Positions 10,114 through 18,660 of a stretch of 64,000 nt of DNA are shown piece by piece. The notes below the pieces were generated by a model that was given only the letters and a program-made list of their open reading frames with translations, had not been told where the DNA came from and ran no database searches. Origin of the DNA: an uncultured Gammaproteobacteria bacterium. Its GTDB lineage: Bacteria > Patescibacteriota > Patescibacteriia > Magasanikbacterales > GWA2-37-8. Where the stretch lies: positions 5,315-69,314 of the forward strand of contig CAZINT010000001.1 of the NCBI GenBank assembly GCA_964540825.1, given 5' to 3'. The position numbers and the translations under genes are program-made. Each line of letters opens with the position of its first letter. Position 1 is the first letter of the stretch.

Positions 10114-10560
10114 ATGACTGATAACTTTATAGGTGCTTTGCTCGTTGTAGGATTTCTAGCTCTTTGGATTATCACCTGGGTGAGCATTTCCTATCTCGCA
10201 GGCCGCGTGAGCGGTTGGCAGAAATTGGCCTTACTGTACCCGGACACTGCAAAAGAACAGGTTGGTGAAAAGAAGCGTTGGCTCTATATCAGGTTTGGAA
10301 GATCGCGTTACAATGGTGCGGTAGTCTTTGAGGCCTTGCCTATGGGCCTGCGTATTAAAACAATCTGGCCCTTTCGTTTTGGACAGCCGACAATGGTGAT
10401 TCCGTGGGCTGAAATAACTGAACCGGAAAAAATGAATACCACCGCTTGGGATTATATGTATACTCACCGGTTTACAATCCAGGGAGCCAAGCATCCCGTT
10501 AGCTGTTCAACCGAAAATGCTGAATGGTTATCGCGTAAGAAAAAAGAATTCGGATTTTAA
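10114..10560 (+). CDS. Hypothetical membrane-anchored protein
   Basis: N-terminal hydrophobic helix, IPW.EI motif, tight operon spacing. Confidence 0.65.
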   Translation: MTDNFIGALLVVGFLALWIITWVSISYLAGRVSGWQKLALLYPDTAKEQVGEKKRWLYIRFGRSRYNGAVVFEALPMGLRIKTIWPFRFGQPTMVIPWAEITEPEKMNTTAWDYMYTHRFTIQGAKHPVSCSTENAEWLSRKKKEFGF

Positions 10561-10563
10561 GGT

Positions 10564-11232
10564 ATGAATCTTCAGGTCCTCTACGAAGATAATCATCTTA
10601 TTGCTGTGTACAAGCCAGCTGGTGTTTTGGTGCAGGCAGATGACTCACAGGATAGTACGCTCATGGATGAAGTAAAATATTATCTTAAAACAAAATACCA
10701 CAAGACGGGTAAAGTCTTTTTAGGTTTACTTCATCGGCTCGACCGCCCGGTATCCGGAGTGATTCTTTTTGCCAAAACAAGCAAGGGCGGGAGTAGATTG
10801 TCGGAACAATTTCGCAGCCATACGGTTAAAAAAGTATATAACGCAGTGGTTTTGGGTGAACCGAAAAGTAAACGCGGTGTACTGGTTAATTATTTGGTAA
10901 AAGACGAAAATAAAAACCGAACCACCGTATATGACAGGGAAGTGCCGGGGAGTCAGTATGCTGAACTCTCATATACAACATTAAAATCAAATAAAAAATA
11001 TTCACTTGTAGAGGTGGTGTTAAAAACCGGTCGCTCGCATCAAATTCGTTCACAGCTTGCACACATGGGCAATCCGATTGTTGGTGACCTTAAGTACGGC
11101 GCGCCAGAGCCATTGCCCGATAAATCTTTGGCGCTCTCGGCTGTTTCGTTAACTTTTGAACAGGCAACGGGGGAGGAAAGTATCACTGTCACAACTGATC
11201 GGCCTGAAGCATGGAAGACTTTTATAGAATAA
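10564..11232 (+). CDS. RluA family pseudouridine synthase
   Basis: KPAG, HRLDRPVSG, TGRSHQIR, GDLKYG. Confidence 0.95.
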   Translation: MNLQVLYEDNHLIAVYKPAGVLVQADDSQDSTLMDEVKYYLKTKYHKTGKVFLGLLHRLDRPVSGVILFAKTSKGGSRLSEQFRSHTVKKVYNAVVLGEPKSKRGVLVNYLVKDENKNRTTVYDREVPGSQYAELSYTTLKSNKKYSLVEVVLKTGRSHQIRSQLAHMGNPIVGDLKYGAPEPLPDKSLALSAVSLTFEQATGEESITVTTDRPEAWKTFIE

Positions 11233-11242
11233 TACCGTTCGT

Positions 11243-12376
11243 ATGAATGCGCTTAAATTTCACGAACAACTCAAAGGTAAAATTGAAATCAAGTCACGGG
11301 TACCGATTAACTCTTTGGAAGATTTAAGTCTGGCCTATACGCCTGGTGTTGCCGAGGCGTGCAATGCGATTGTTGAAAATCCGTCACGAGTGTATGATTT
11401 GACGCGTAAAAATAATATGGTGGCCGTAATTACTGATGGCAGTGCTGTTTTAGGGCTCGGGAATATTGGTCCCGAAGCGAGTTTGCCGGTAATGGAAGGG
11501 AAGTGTTTGCTCTACAAAGAGTTTGCCGATGTCGACGCGTTTCCAGTCGCGCTCAAAACACAAGATGTCGAAGAAATTATTAAGACTGTGCAGCTGATCA
11601 CGCCGATGTTTGGCGGTATTCACCTGGAGGATATCTCTGCGCCGCGTTGTTTCGAGATTGAAGATCGTCTTTCGGAGCTTTTGGATATTCCGGTATTTCA
11701 TGATGATCAGCATGGTACCGCAGTTGTGATTCTGGCTGGCCTCTATAACGCACTTAAAGTGGTTCACAAAGATTTGGGTGAAGTTGTGGTTGTAATTAAT
11801 GGGGTTGGTGCCGCGGGTGCTGCAACAGCTAAATTACTTCTCGCCGCCGGTGTTAAGCATCTGCGGCTGGTAGATTCAAAAGGACTTATTTACGAAGGCC
11901 GTGAGGGCTTAGATAAGCTCAAAACCGAATTCGCTGCCGTGAGCAATCAAGATCGTTTAAGCGGGGGGCTCGCAGAAGCTATGCAAGGTGCGGACGTGTT
12001 TATTGGTGTTAGTAAGCCAGGCATACTGACGAGCGAGATGGTTAGAACAATGAATAGAGATGGTATTGTGTTCGCAATGGCGAACCCTGTGCCAGAAATT
12101 TTACCGGATATCGCGAAGCTCGCCGGTGCGTCAGTAGTTGCGACCGGCCGCAGCGACTTTGCTAACCAGGTTAATAATTCACTTGGTTTTCCGGGTATTT
12201 TTCGCGGCCTTTTGGACGGCAAAATTAGAAAATTAACTATGGAGATGAAACTTGCCGCTGCTCAGGCACTCGCAAGCACTATCGAGGCGCCCGATTCAGA
12301 AAATATTTTGCCCAACCCGCTCGATAAAAGCGTAGCCAGCATCATTGCGGCAGCAATTATTAAGGTGGGTCGTTGA
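11243..12376 (+). CDS. NAD(P)-dependent malic enzyme
   Basis: AYTPGVA, DGSAVLGLGNIG, MEGK, FHDDQHGT, GVGAAG, ANPVPEI. Confidence 0.95.
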   Translation: MNALKFHEQLKGKIEIKSRVPINSLEDLSLAYTPGVAEACNAIVENPSRVYDLTRKNNMVAVITDGSAVLGLGNIGPEASLPVMEGKCLLYKEFADVDAFPVALKTQDVEEIIKTVQLITPMFGGIHLEDISAPRCFEIEDRLSELLDIPVFHDDQHGTAVVILAGLYNALKVVHKDLGEVVVVINGVGAAGAATAKLLLAAGVKHLRLVDSKGLIYEGREGLDKLKTEFAAVSNQDRLSGGLAEAMQGADVFIGVSKPGILTSEMVRTMNRDGIVFAMANPVPEILPDIAKLAGASVVATGRSDFANQVNNSLGFPGIFRGLLDGKIRKLTMEMKLAAAQALASTIEAPDSENILPNPLDKSVASIIAAAIIKVGR

Positions 12377-12423
12377 AATTGAACCGAATATGGGGTAGGG
12401 TACCTGACGCAAGCACCTATCCC

Positions 12424-13857
12424 ATGAAAGATCAAACTTTTTGTATTATCGACGTCGAAACGACCGGCATGAACCCCCAGCATGACCGGATTATTGAGAT
12501 AGGTATTTTACGGGTGGAACAGGGCAAAGTAGTAAAAACATATCAAACTGTACTTAATCCCGAGCAGCGAATTCCGGATGTCATTACTGCTATTACGGGT
12601 ATTACTTCCGAACAAGCAGAAGATGCACCAACGTTCGAGGAAGTCAAAGACAATATTTGGGATCTAATCGAAGGAAGTATTTTTGTGGCGCACAATGCGC
12701 GGTTTGATTATGGTTTCTTGCGAAGTGAATTTAGACGTACCGGTCGAATACTGAGCGTGCCAACGCTCTGCACTGTAAAATTGTCTCGGGCGCTTTACCC
12801 GGAGTATAAAGAGCATAATCTCGACGCAATTATTCAGCGGTTTAGTTTTGCGTGCGATCGGCGTCATCGGGCGTTTGACGATGCCAAAGTACTTTTCAAT
12901 TTTTTAGAAGCGGTACACTGTGCGTTTCCAAAAGCCGCACCCGAAAAAATAAAAACGATTTTAGGTAAACGTTCACTTCCACCGCAATTGAGTCCGGAAT
13001 TGTTAAACGGCTTGCCCGAGACGCCCGGCGTCTATGTCTTTTACGGACCGGAGGGGGAAGTATTATACGTTGGTAAAAGCGTCTATATCCGTTCTCGTGT
13101 TCAGAGTCATTTTACCAATAGTTTGTCGTCAGCTCAGGAAATGCGTTTGTTTAATCAGGTGGCGGATATTACGGCGCATGAAACCGCCGGAGAAATGGGC
13201 GCGCTTCTGCTCGAGTCACACCTGATTAAAGAATTGATGCCGCTCTACAATCGATTGCTCCGTAAAGTAAAAAAGCTGGTTATTGCCCGGCGGAGCATGT
13301 CTCAAGATGGCTTTTTTACCGTTGCTTATGAGCGTTCGTTTGTGGAAGTGCTGGAAGATTACGAATCAGTACTGGGTGTTTTTCGCTCAGTCCGTCAGGC
13401 CAAAGATGCTATCCAAGAAATCACTCGAGACGCTGAGCTTTGTCCGAAATTAACAGGTCTCGAAGATGGCGGGGGAGCTTGTTTTAAATACCAGCTCGGC
13501 AAATGCCACGGGGCATGTGCAGGAGTTGAAACGCCGGTACGCTACAACCACCGTTTTACGAGTGCCTTTAGTAAACGTACGATTCGTATCTGGCCGTATG
13601 CCGGAGCAGTTGTTCTTGAAGAACGCGGTGATGAACAAACCGGAGAACTCTTTTTTATCTACGATTGGCGGATCGTTGGCGCATATCATTTTGAAAATAA
13701 TGATGTAAGTGAATTTTTGCCAGTCAAAGATTATTTTGATTATGAAAGTTATAAGATTATGGTACAATTTTTGCTGAAACGCCAAAACAAAAAAGGGTTT
13801 AAAGTAATTCCTGTTCAGGAAATGAAAAAAACACTAGCACAATTTACCGCTGTTTAA
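12424..13857 (+). CDS. DEDDh exonuclease fused to GIY-YIG (UvrC/Cho-like) nuclease
   Basis: DVETTG, AHNARFD, HRAFDDA; PGVY.F...LYVGKS; Cys cluster. Confidence 0.9.
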   Translation: MKDQTFCIIDVETTGMNPQHDRIIEIGILRVEQGKVVKTYQTVLNPEQRIPDVITAITGITSEQAEDAPTFEEVKDNIWDLIEGSIFVAHNARFDYGFLRSEFRRTGRILSVPTLCTVKLSRALYPEYKEHNLDAIIQRFSFACDRRHRAFDDAKVLFNFLEAVHCAFPKAAPEKIKTILGKRSLPPQLSPELLNGLPETPGVYVFYGPEGEVLYVGKSVYIRSRVQSHFTNSLSSAQEMRLFNQVADITAHETAGEMGALLLESHLIKELMPLYNRLLRKVKKLVIARRSMSQDGFFTVAYERSFVEVLEDYESVLGVFRSVRQAKDAIQEITRDAELCPKLTGLEDGGGACFKYQLGKCHGACAGVETPVRYNHRFTSAFSKRTIRIWPYAGAVVLEERGDEQTGELFFIYDWRIVGAYHFENNDVSEFLPVKDYFDYESYKIMVQFLLKRQNKKGFKVIPVQEMKKTLAQFTAV

Positions 13858-13862
13858 AGTAT

Positions 13863-15131
13863 ATGCTTGAAAAAATTGTTGACCTGCATGTTCATTCGAA
13901 GTATTCGCGGGCCTGTTCCAAGAGCCTAGAACTTCCGAATATTGCCAAAGCCTGTGCCGAGAAGGGGATAGATATTATCGCGACCGGGGACTTTACGTAT
14001 CCGCTATGGTTTAAGCATCTGGAAGAAGCGTTGGTTGAAGAAAATAAAGGTGTATATAAAGTTAAAGATTTGGAATACCCAGTTCGTTTTATCTTAGGAA
14101 CAGAAATTTCGTGTATCTACAAACACAAAGACGCTACTCGTCGTTTGCACCTCCTTATACTTGCTCCGAGCCTGGCAGCAGTAAAGCGGTTTAATGAAGC
14201 CTTAGAAGCCCGCGGGGTTAATCTAAAGGCCGACGGCCGGCCAATTATGGGGATTCACGCCAAGGAAATAGTTCGAATTGCCCTCGAAATTGACCCTGGG
14301 TTCATGATTATTCCGGCGCATGCCTGGACACCGTGGTTTGCTGTGTTTGGTTCAAAATCTGGCTACGACACGCTTGAAGACTGTTTTGAAGAAATGACGC
14401 CACATATTCGAGCGATTGAAACCGGGCTTTCAAGCGATCCAACAATGAATCATCGCCTGAGCAGGCTCGACGGTATTACGCTTATATCTAATTCTGACGC
14501 ACATAGTCTTGAAAATCTTGCTCGCGAAGCTAATGTGCTGGGCTTTGAAAGTGAAAAGGAAATTACGTATGAAGAAATTACGCGCATCATTAAAGAAGGG
14601 GATAGGAAGAAATTTTTGTATACCATTGAGTTTTATCCCGAAGAAGGAAAGTATCACATGGACGGGCATGCGGATTGCGGCGTGTGTTTAAAACCGGAAG
14701 AGAGTAAGAAAGAAAAAAATATTTGTCCGGTTTGTAAAAAGCAGTTAACGATTGGGGTGCTGCACCGCGTTGACGATCTTGCAGATCGCGCTGAAGACAA
14801 AAATACCGAAAATAAATTTATTCCACATCGCTATAGTGTTCCACTTCGGGAGATTATCGGTCAGGTTTTGGATGTTGGTGTTGCAAGCAAACGAGTAAAG
14901 GCTGAATACGAATCAATGATCAGAAAAATTGGCAGTGAATTTTACATTTTGTTGCATGCTACCAGCGAAGAGCTTGAAAATAATATTTCTGATGCGAGGA
15001 TCGCTTCGGCGATCAAAAACATGCGGAGTGGTAAAGTAAAAGTGCATCCAGGGTATGACGGAATTTTTGGTACAGTTGATGTTTTAATTGACGCTAAAGC
15101 TGTACCTGCTCAATCGCGCTTGTTCGAGTAA
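13863..15131 (+). CDS. PHP-domain endonuclease Q family protein
   Basis: DLHVHSKYSRA, PAHAWTP, ETGLS, NSDAHS, GKYH.DGH..C, CPVC, PGYDG.FG. Confidence 0.88.
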   Translation: MLEKIVDLHVHSKYSRACSKSLELPNIAKACAEKGIDIIATGDFTYPLWFKHLEEALVEENKGVYKVKDLEYPVRFILGTEISCIYKHKDATRRLHLLILAPSLAAVKRFNEALEARGVNLKADGRPIMGIHAKEIVRIALEIDPGFMIIPAHAWTPWFAVFGSKSGYDTLEDCFEEMTPHIRAIETGLSSDPTMNHRLSRLDGITLISNSDAHSLENLAREANVLGFESEKEITYEEITRIIKEGDRKKFLYTIEFYPEEGKYHMDGHADCGVCLKPEESKKEKNICPVCKKQLTIGVLHRVDDLADRAEDKNTENKFIPHRYSVPLREIIGQVLDVGVASKRVKAEYESMIRKIGSEFYILLHATSEELENNISDARIASAIKNMRSGKVKVHPGYDGIFGTVDVLIDAKAVPAQSRLFE

Positions 15132-15187
15132 GGCGTATAAAAAATGAGGTACAAAAAATCTTCCTTTGCAGGAAGATTTTTTAGAAA

Positions 15188-15289
15188 CTATTTGCGTTTC
15201 TTAGCTGCGGTTTTCTTTTTTGCAACTTTCTTGGTTGCTTTCTTTTTTGGAGCTGCTTTTTTCTTAGCGGCTTTCTTTTTGGCTGCCAT
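15188..15289 (-). CDS. 33-aa Lys/Ala-rich histone-H1-like peptide
   Basis: MAAKKKAAKKKAAPKKKATKKVAKKKTAAKKRK*; SD AAGGGGG; terminator hairpin at about 15153-15182. Confidence 0.75.
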   Translation of the reverse strand: MAAKKKAAKKKAAPKKKATKKVAKKKTAAKKRK

Positions 15290-15634
15290 AGTAGGTACCC
15301 CCTTTCTGTTCTCTTCTAAAGAAGAGAAGTTGAGATAGTTATTTTTTTCAAATTTCTCCTTGCGGAGGAAACTCGCGATCGCGAGAAAAAAATTTTTGGT
15401 GAAGAATTTTTACATTACAAGCATGGATGTAAAAATTTTTCTTTCGACCTATCATCATTATAGAGTGTTTTATAAAAAAAATAAATAGTTCAAGTAAGAG
15501 TTATGCACAGGTCGAGTAAAATTTAGAATAAAAAATTTAAAAATTAAAAATTTTGTAATCAGCATGCTACCTATCTTGACTTAAAAAATAAAGTATGATA
15601 TCTCCTCTTCAGAGGAAATAAAAAGGAGTTGGTC

Positions 15635-16288
15635 ATGTCTGCAAAACCAGTGTCGCCCGATGCCAAAAATTTTTTTGCCGCGCTGCGCACGCTCGGCATT
15701 ATTCTTGGTGTCGCTCCGCACCGCCTCAATCTGAAGGGCGGTGTCATCGTTGTGACGTGTGGCGACGGCGATCATTTTTTTGATGTTATCTGGCATCTGT
15801 TGACGGTCTATCTGCAAAGCCACTTGCCGTGGGCCTGTCGACTTCCGCTGAAGATTGGCTTTTTTCTTCCTTTTATAATTTGGTGGTTCTTATCGCCCCG
15901 CACGCACATGCTCGTTTTGAATGGGGGAGCGTGTCTCCTGTCGCCGTGCTGGCCGAAGCATGAAACGTTCGATATCGGCCGTGCTCTTGAAGAGCAGGTT
16001 CGTGTGGCGACCGACCTGAAGGATATCTGGCAGGTGATTCTGTATGCGCACGCACCATGCGGGGCTGCAGGAAGCATGCTGCCGAAGGAACAAGTCGCGC
16101 ACCTGATGGAAGCGAAGATGCGCATCAAGGGACTTGATCCTCGCTACAAGGTGGCCTGTTTTATGCATCTGTGTTTTGATGATGCAGCGTCCACCTGGCG
16201 GCGGATTCGACAAGTTCTTGGTTTGAAGCGTCGGACGTACTTCGTTTCTCGCGAGGCTTGGGAAAACCGGCGGTGCGAACTGCCGTAA
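15635..16288 (+). CDS. Hypothetical protein, beta-carbonic-anhydrase-like Zn ligands
   Basis: VTCGDG, LNGG, HAPCGAA; AAGGAG SD; TTGACT upstream. Confidence 0.55.
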   Translation: MSAKPVSPDAKNFFAALRTLGIILGVAPHRLNLKGGVIVVTCGDGDHFFDVIWHLLTVYLQSHLPWACRLPLKIGFFLPFIIWWFLSPRTHMLVLNGGACLLSPCWPKHETFDIGRALEEQVRVATDLKDIWQVILYAHAPCGAAGSMLPKEQVAHLMEAKMRIKGLDPRYKVACFMHLCFDDAASTWRRIRQVLGLKRRTYFVSREAWENRRCELP

Positions 16289-16436
16289 TTGCCTGAGTCG
16301 CCCCTCTTCAATAATTCGATCCGCTCTGCGCTCTGCGTCGGGCGGATCTTCTGTTGTTAATTGATTTTGCCTGCTCTGTTTATAATTTAGAGTAAAATAA
16401 AAACGAACCGACGAGATAGTCGGTTTGTTTTTTTTG

Positions 16437-16508
16437 TGCCTTCGGCAGGAATCGAACCCACATATGCAGCTTCGAAGGCTGCCGTCCTATCCGTTGAACG
16501 ACGAAGGC
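16437..16508 (-). tRNA. tRNA-Arg(TCG)
   Basis: GCCTTCG acceptor stem, anticodon arm GCAGC-CTTCGAA-GCTGC, GGTTCGATTCC; no encoded CCA. Confidence 0.93.
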
Positions 16509-16581
16509 TTAAATTAAAAACCCTAAATCCTACTGTCTAAATCCTAAACGCTGTTTGGGATTTTTATTCTCGGATTTAGGA

Positions 16582-16606
16582 TTCTTCTGTGGGTCGGCTG
16601 GGGATC
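16582..16606 (-). repeat. 25-bp direct repeat of tRNA-Lys 3' end plus trailer
   Basis: ttcttctgtgggtcggctggggatc identical at 16582-16606 and 16750-16774. Confidence 0.9.
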
Positions 16607-16757
16607 TCACGCGTCACTTTGTTCCTTCGCGGACACCTCGGGGTTTCCGCGTGCCTTCCTCGGCAGGTAGGAAAATGCTTTTCCTACCACCTTTGGTTCG
16701 ATTGCGTAACAAAATCTTCCTGCTAAACCCGTGCTTAATTTTAGTAATTTTCTTCTG

Positions 16758-16830
16758 TGGGTCGGCTGGGGATCGAACCCAGGACCTTATCCTTAAGAGG
16801 GATCTGCTCTACCAGCTGAGCTACCGACCC
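16758..16830 (-). tRNA. tRNA-Lys(CTT)
   Basis: GGGTCGG acceptor stem, TAGCTCAGCTGGTAGAGC D arm, ATCC-CTCTTAA-GGAT, GGTTCGATCCC. Confidence 0.95.
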
Positions 16831-16893
16831 GTTTTCTGGTAATGCTTGAAAAGCCTTACCAAGATAAACGATATTGAGATTTTTGTCCAGTCC

Positions 16894-17673
16894 CTAGAGT
16901 GGGCCGCCGGCTTCCCGCTTAATAATGTTAATTTTAGGCCCTTTCCATTTCTTTATTTTAATGGCGTTTTCCGCAGCGTCGGTCTGGGCTTCTTGCTTAC
17001 TGGTGCCGTTGCCCGAAGCAATCATTTCTTTGTCGAGGAATACACCGACTTTAAAGTTTTTAGCGTGGTCCGGTCCTTCTTCGTGGAGAACGCGGTAGGT
17101 TGGGGTAATACCAAGGAGTTCTTGGGCCGATTCTTGGAAGCGACTCTTGGCGTCCATGTAGAGACCTTGTTCGAGGACTTGTGGTAGGCGTGAAATAATC
17201 CAGCGGGTGATGAATTGGCGAGATATGTCGTAGCCTTGGTCGAGGTAAATAGCGCCAATGACTGCCTCGATCGTGTTAGCCATAATATATTCACGGGCTT
17301 TGGTGCCGCTGTCTTTGGCTTCGCCGTGGCTGAGGAAGAGGAAAGGCTCCATGCCGATTTCGTAAGCAATGCCGGCGAGAATTTTAGCATTCACGAGCGC
17401 TGCGCGCCAGTTGGTAAGTTCGCCTTCGGGATTGAGATATTCTTCAAATAAAAATTCGGTAACAATGAGTTCGAGTACCGCGTCACCAAGGAATTCGAGG
17501 CGTTCGTTGTGGCCCAGTGGAAAATCGTGGTGTTCGTTCAAGTATGAACGGTGTACGAAAGCCTGCACCAACAAATTAATATTTTTGAAGGTGATGCCAA
17601 TATGGTCTTCGAGTTTGGCAAAGCTTTTTTCTTGAACTTCTGGTAGTTCGGCGACCGAGGGGATGACGGGCAT
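16894..17673 (-). CDS. rnc: Ribonuclease III
   Basis: HNERLEFLGDAVL, EAVIGAIYLD, dsRBD with GPDH. Confidence 0.97.
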   Translation of the reverse strand: MPVIPSVAELPEVQEKSFAKLEDHIGITFKNINLLVQAFVHRSYLNEHHDFPLGHNERLEFLGDAVLELIVTEFLFEEYLNPEGELTNWRAALVNAKILAGIAYEIGMEPFLFLSHGEAKDSGTKAREYIMANTIEAVIGAIYLDQGYDISRQFITRWIISRLPQVLEQGLYMDAKSRFQESAQELLGITPTYRVLHEEGPDHAKNFKVGVFLDKEMIASGNGTSKQEAQTDAAENAIKIKKWKGPKINIIKREAGGPL

Positions 17674-17761
17674 ATATTCTGGGTATATACCGCATTTCGC
17701 ATAGCGCTAACTCATGAGAGTAAAGGGCGATAGGCGAGAGGCGATAAAATAAATAAAAATA

Positions 17762-18220
17762 TTAAACAGTAGGAGCGGGCGTTGCGGGAGTGGTGGCCGG
17801 GGTTTCTTTTTGCAGGTCATTATACATTGATCCGAGTACGCCGTTGATAAATTTGCCGCTCGAAGGACCGCCATAACTTTTGGCAATTTCAATCGCTTCA
17901 TTGATGGCGACTTTTGGTGGAACGTCGCTTGAAAATTTTAGTTCGTAAATACCGATGCGCAAAATATTGCGGTCAACGATCGTGATCTGACCAATCGGCC
18001 AGCTGGGGGCGTAGTGGGTGAGGATGGCGTCGATTTCCGCGCGGTGCTCAAGTACGCCGTCAACCAAAGTTTTGGCAAACGCTTGTTCTTCGAGGCCGGG
18101 ACCAAATTCGGTAAGGTTGTGGTCGACGATAGCTGGAAGGGCGGCAGTTGGTTCCCCGCGAAAATCCCATTCAAACAGAGATTGCATGGCGATAGAGCGG
18201 GCGAGATGACGATTGGACAT
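17762..18220 (-). CDS. nusB: Transcription antitermination factor NusB
   Basis: [30 protein letters not shown]...SGKFINGVL. Confidence 0.96.
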   Translation of the reverse strand: MSNRHLARSIAMQSLFEWDFRGEPTAALPAIVDHNLTEFGPGLEEQAFAKTLVDGVLEHRAEIDAILTHYAPSWPIGQITIVDRNILRIGIYELKFSSDVPPKVAINEAIEIAKSYGGPSSGKFINGVLGSMYNDLQKETPATTPATPAPTV

Positions 18221-18303
18221 AGAACGAGTGTCTAAATCCCTAATAGGCTACTGTCTAAGAACATAGGTTAGACAGTAGGAACTAGGGTTTTGTCTAAAAA
18301 TGT

Positions 18304-18513
18304 TTATTTTTTAGCAGCTGCTTTCTTGGCAACTTTTTTGGTAACATTTACCACCTGGCGTCCTTTGTACATGCCACAGTTAGTGCAAGCACGGTGTGGA
18401 AGAATTGGCTTTTGGCACTTAGGACACTTTTGAATCGTCATTTCGGTAAGTGCGAAATGAGCTGCGCGTTTGCGTTTGTCAGAGGATGTCCGACGATGAC
18501 CGGGTAAACCCAT
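18304..18513 (-). CDS. rpmF: 50S ribosomal protein L32
   Basis: CPKC...LPHRACTNCG.YKG. Confidence 0.95.
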   Translation of the reverse strand: MGLPGHRRTSSDKRKRAAHFALTEMTIQKCPKCQKPILPHRACTNCGMYKGRQVVNVTKKVAKKAAAKK

Positions 18514-18660
18514 ACGGAGCTATTAGTAAGTAGATATTAGTAATTTGTACTAAAGTAGTATGACTATACACTAAATAAGCCAATTTGGCAAGAGAAAGCC
18601 CCAGCCAGGCCTAAACTAATTGATTTTTAGCCTCTACTCAGGTACTATTGAGGAAATTCT

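Noticed and set aside
15144-15338. Plus-strand 64-aa Phe/Ala-rich ORF
   Set aside because: Antisense shadow of the Lys/Ala-rich peptide gene, which has the SD and terminator
15501-15509. DnaA-box-like TTATGCACA in an AT-rich gap as oriC
   Set aside because: Single box, no cluster and no dnaA/dnaN nearby
16582-16774. CRISPR array from the 25-bp repeat
   Set aside because: Only two copies, 143-bp spacing, tRNA-derived, no cas genes
16555-16842. 95-aa ORF with repeated FFCGSAGD
   Set aside because: Antisense to tRNA-Lys; the repeat is the tRNA 3'-end duplication
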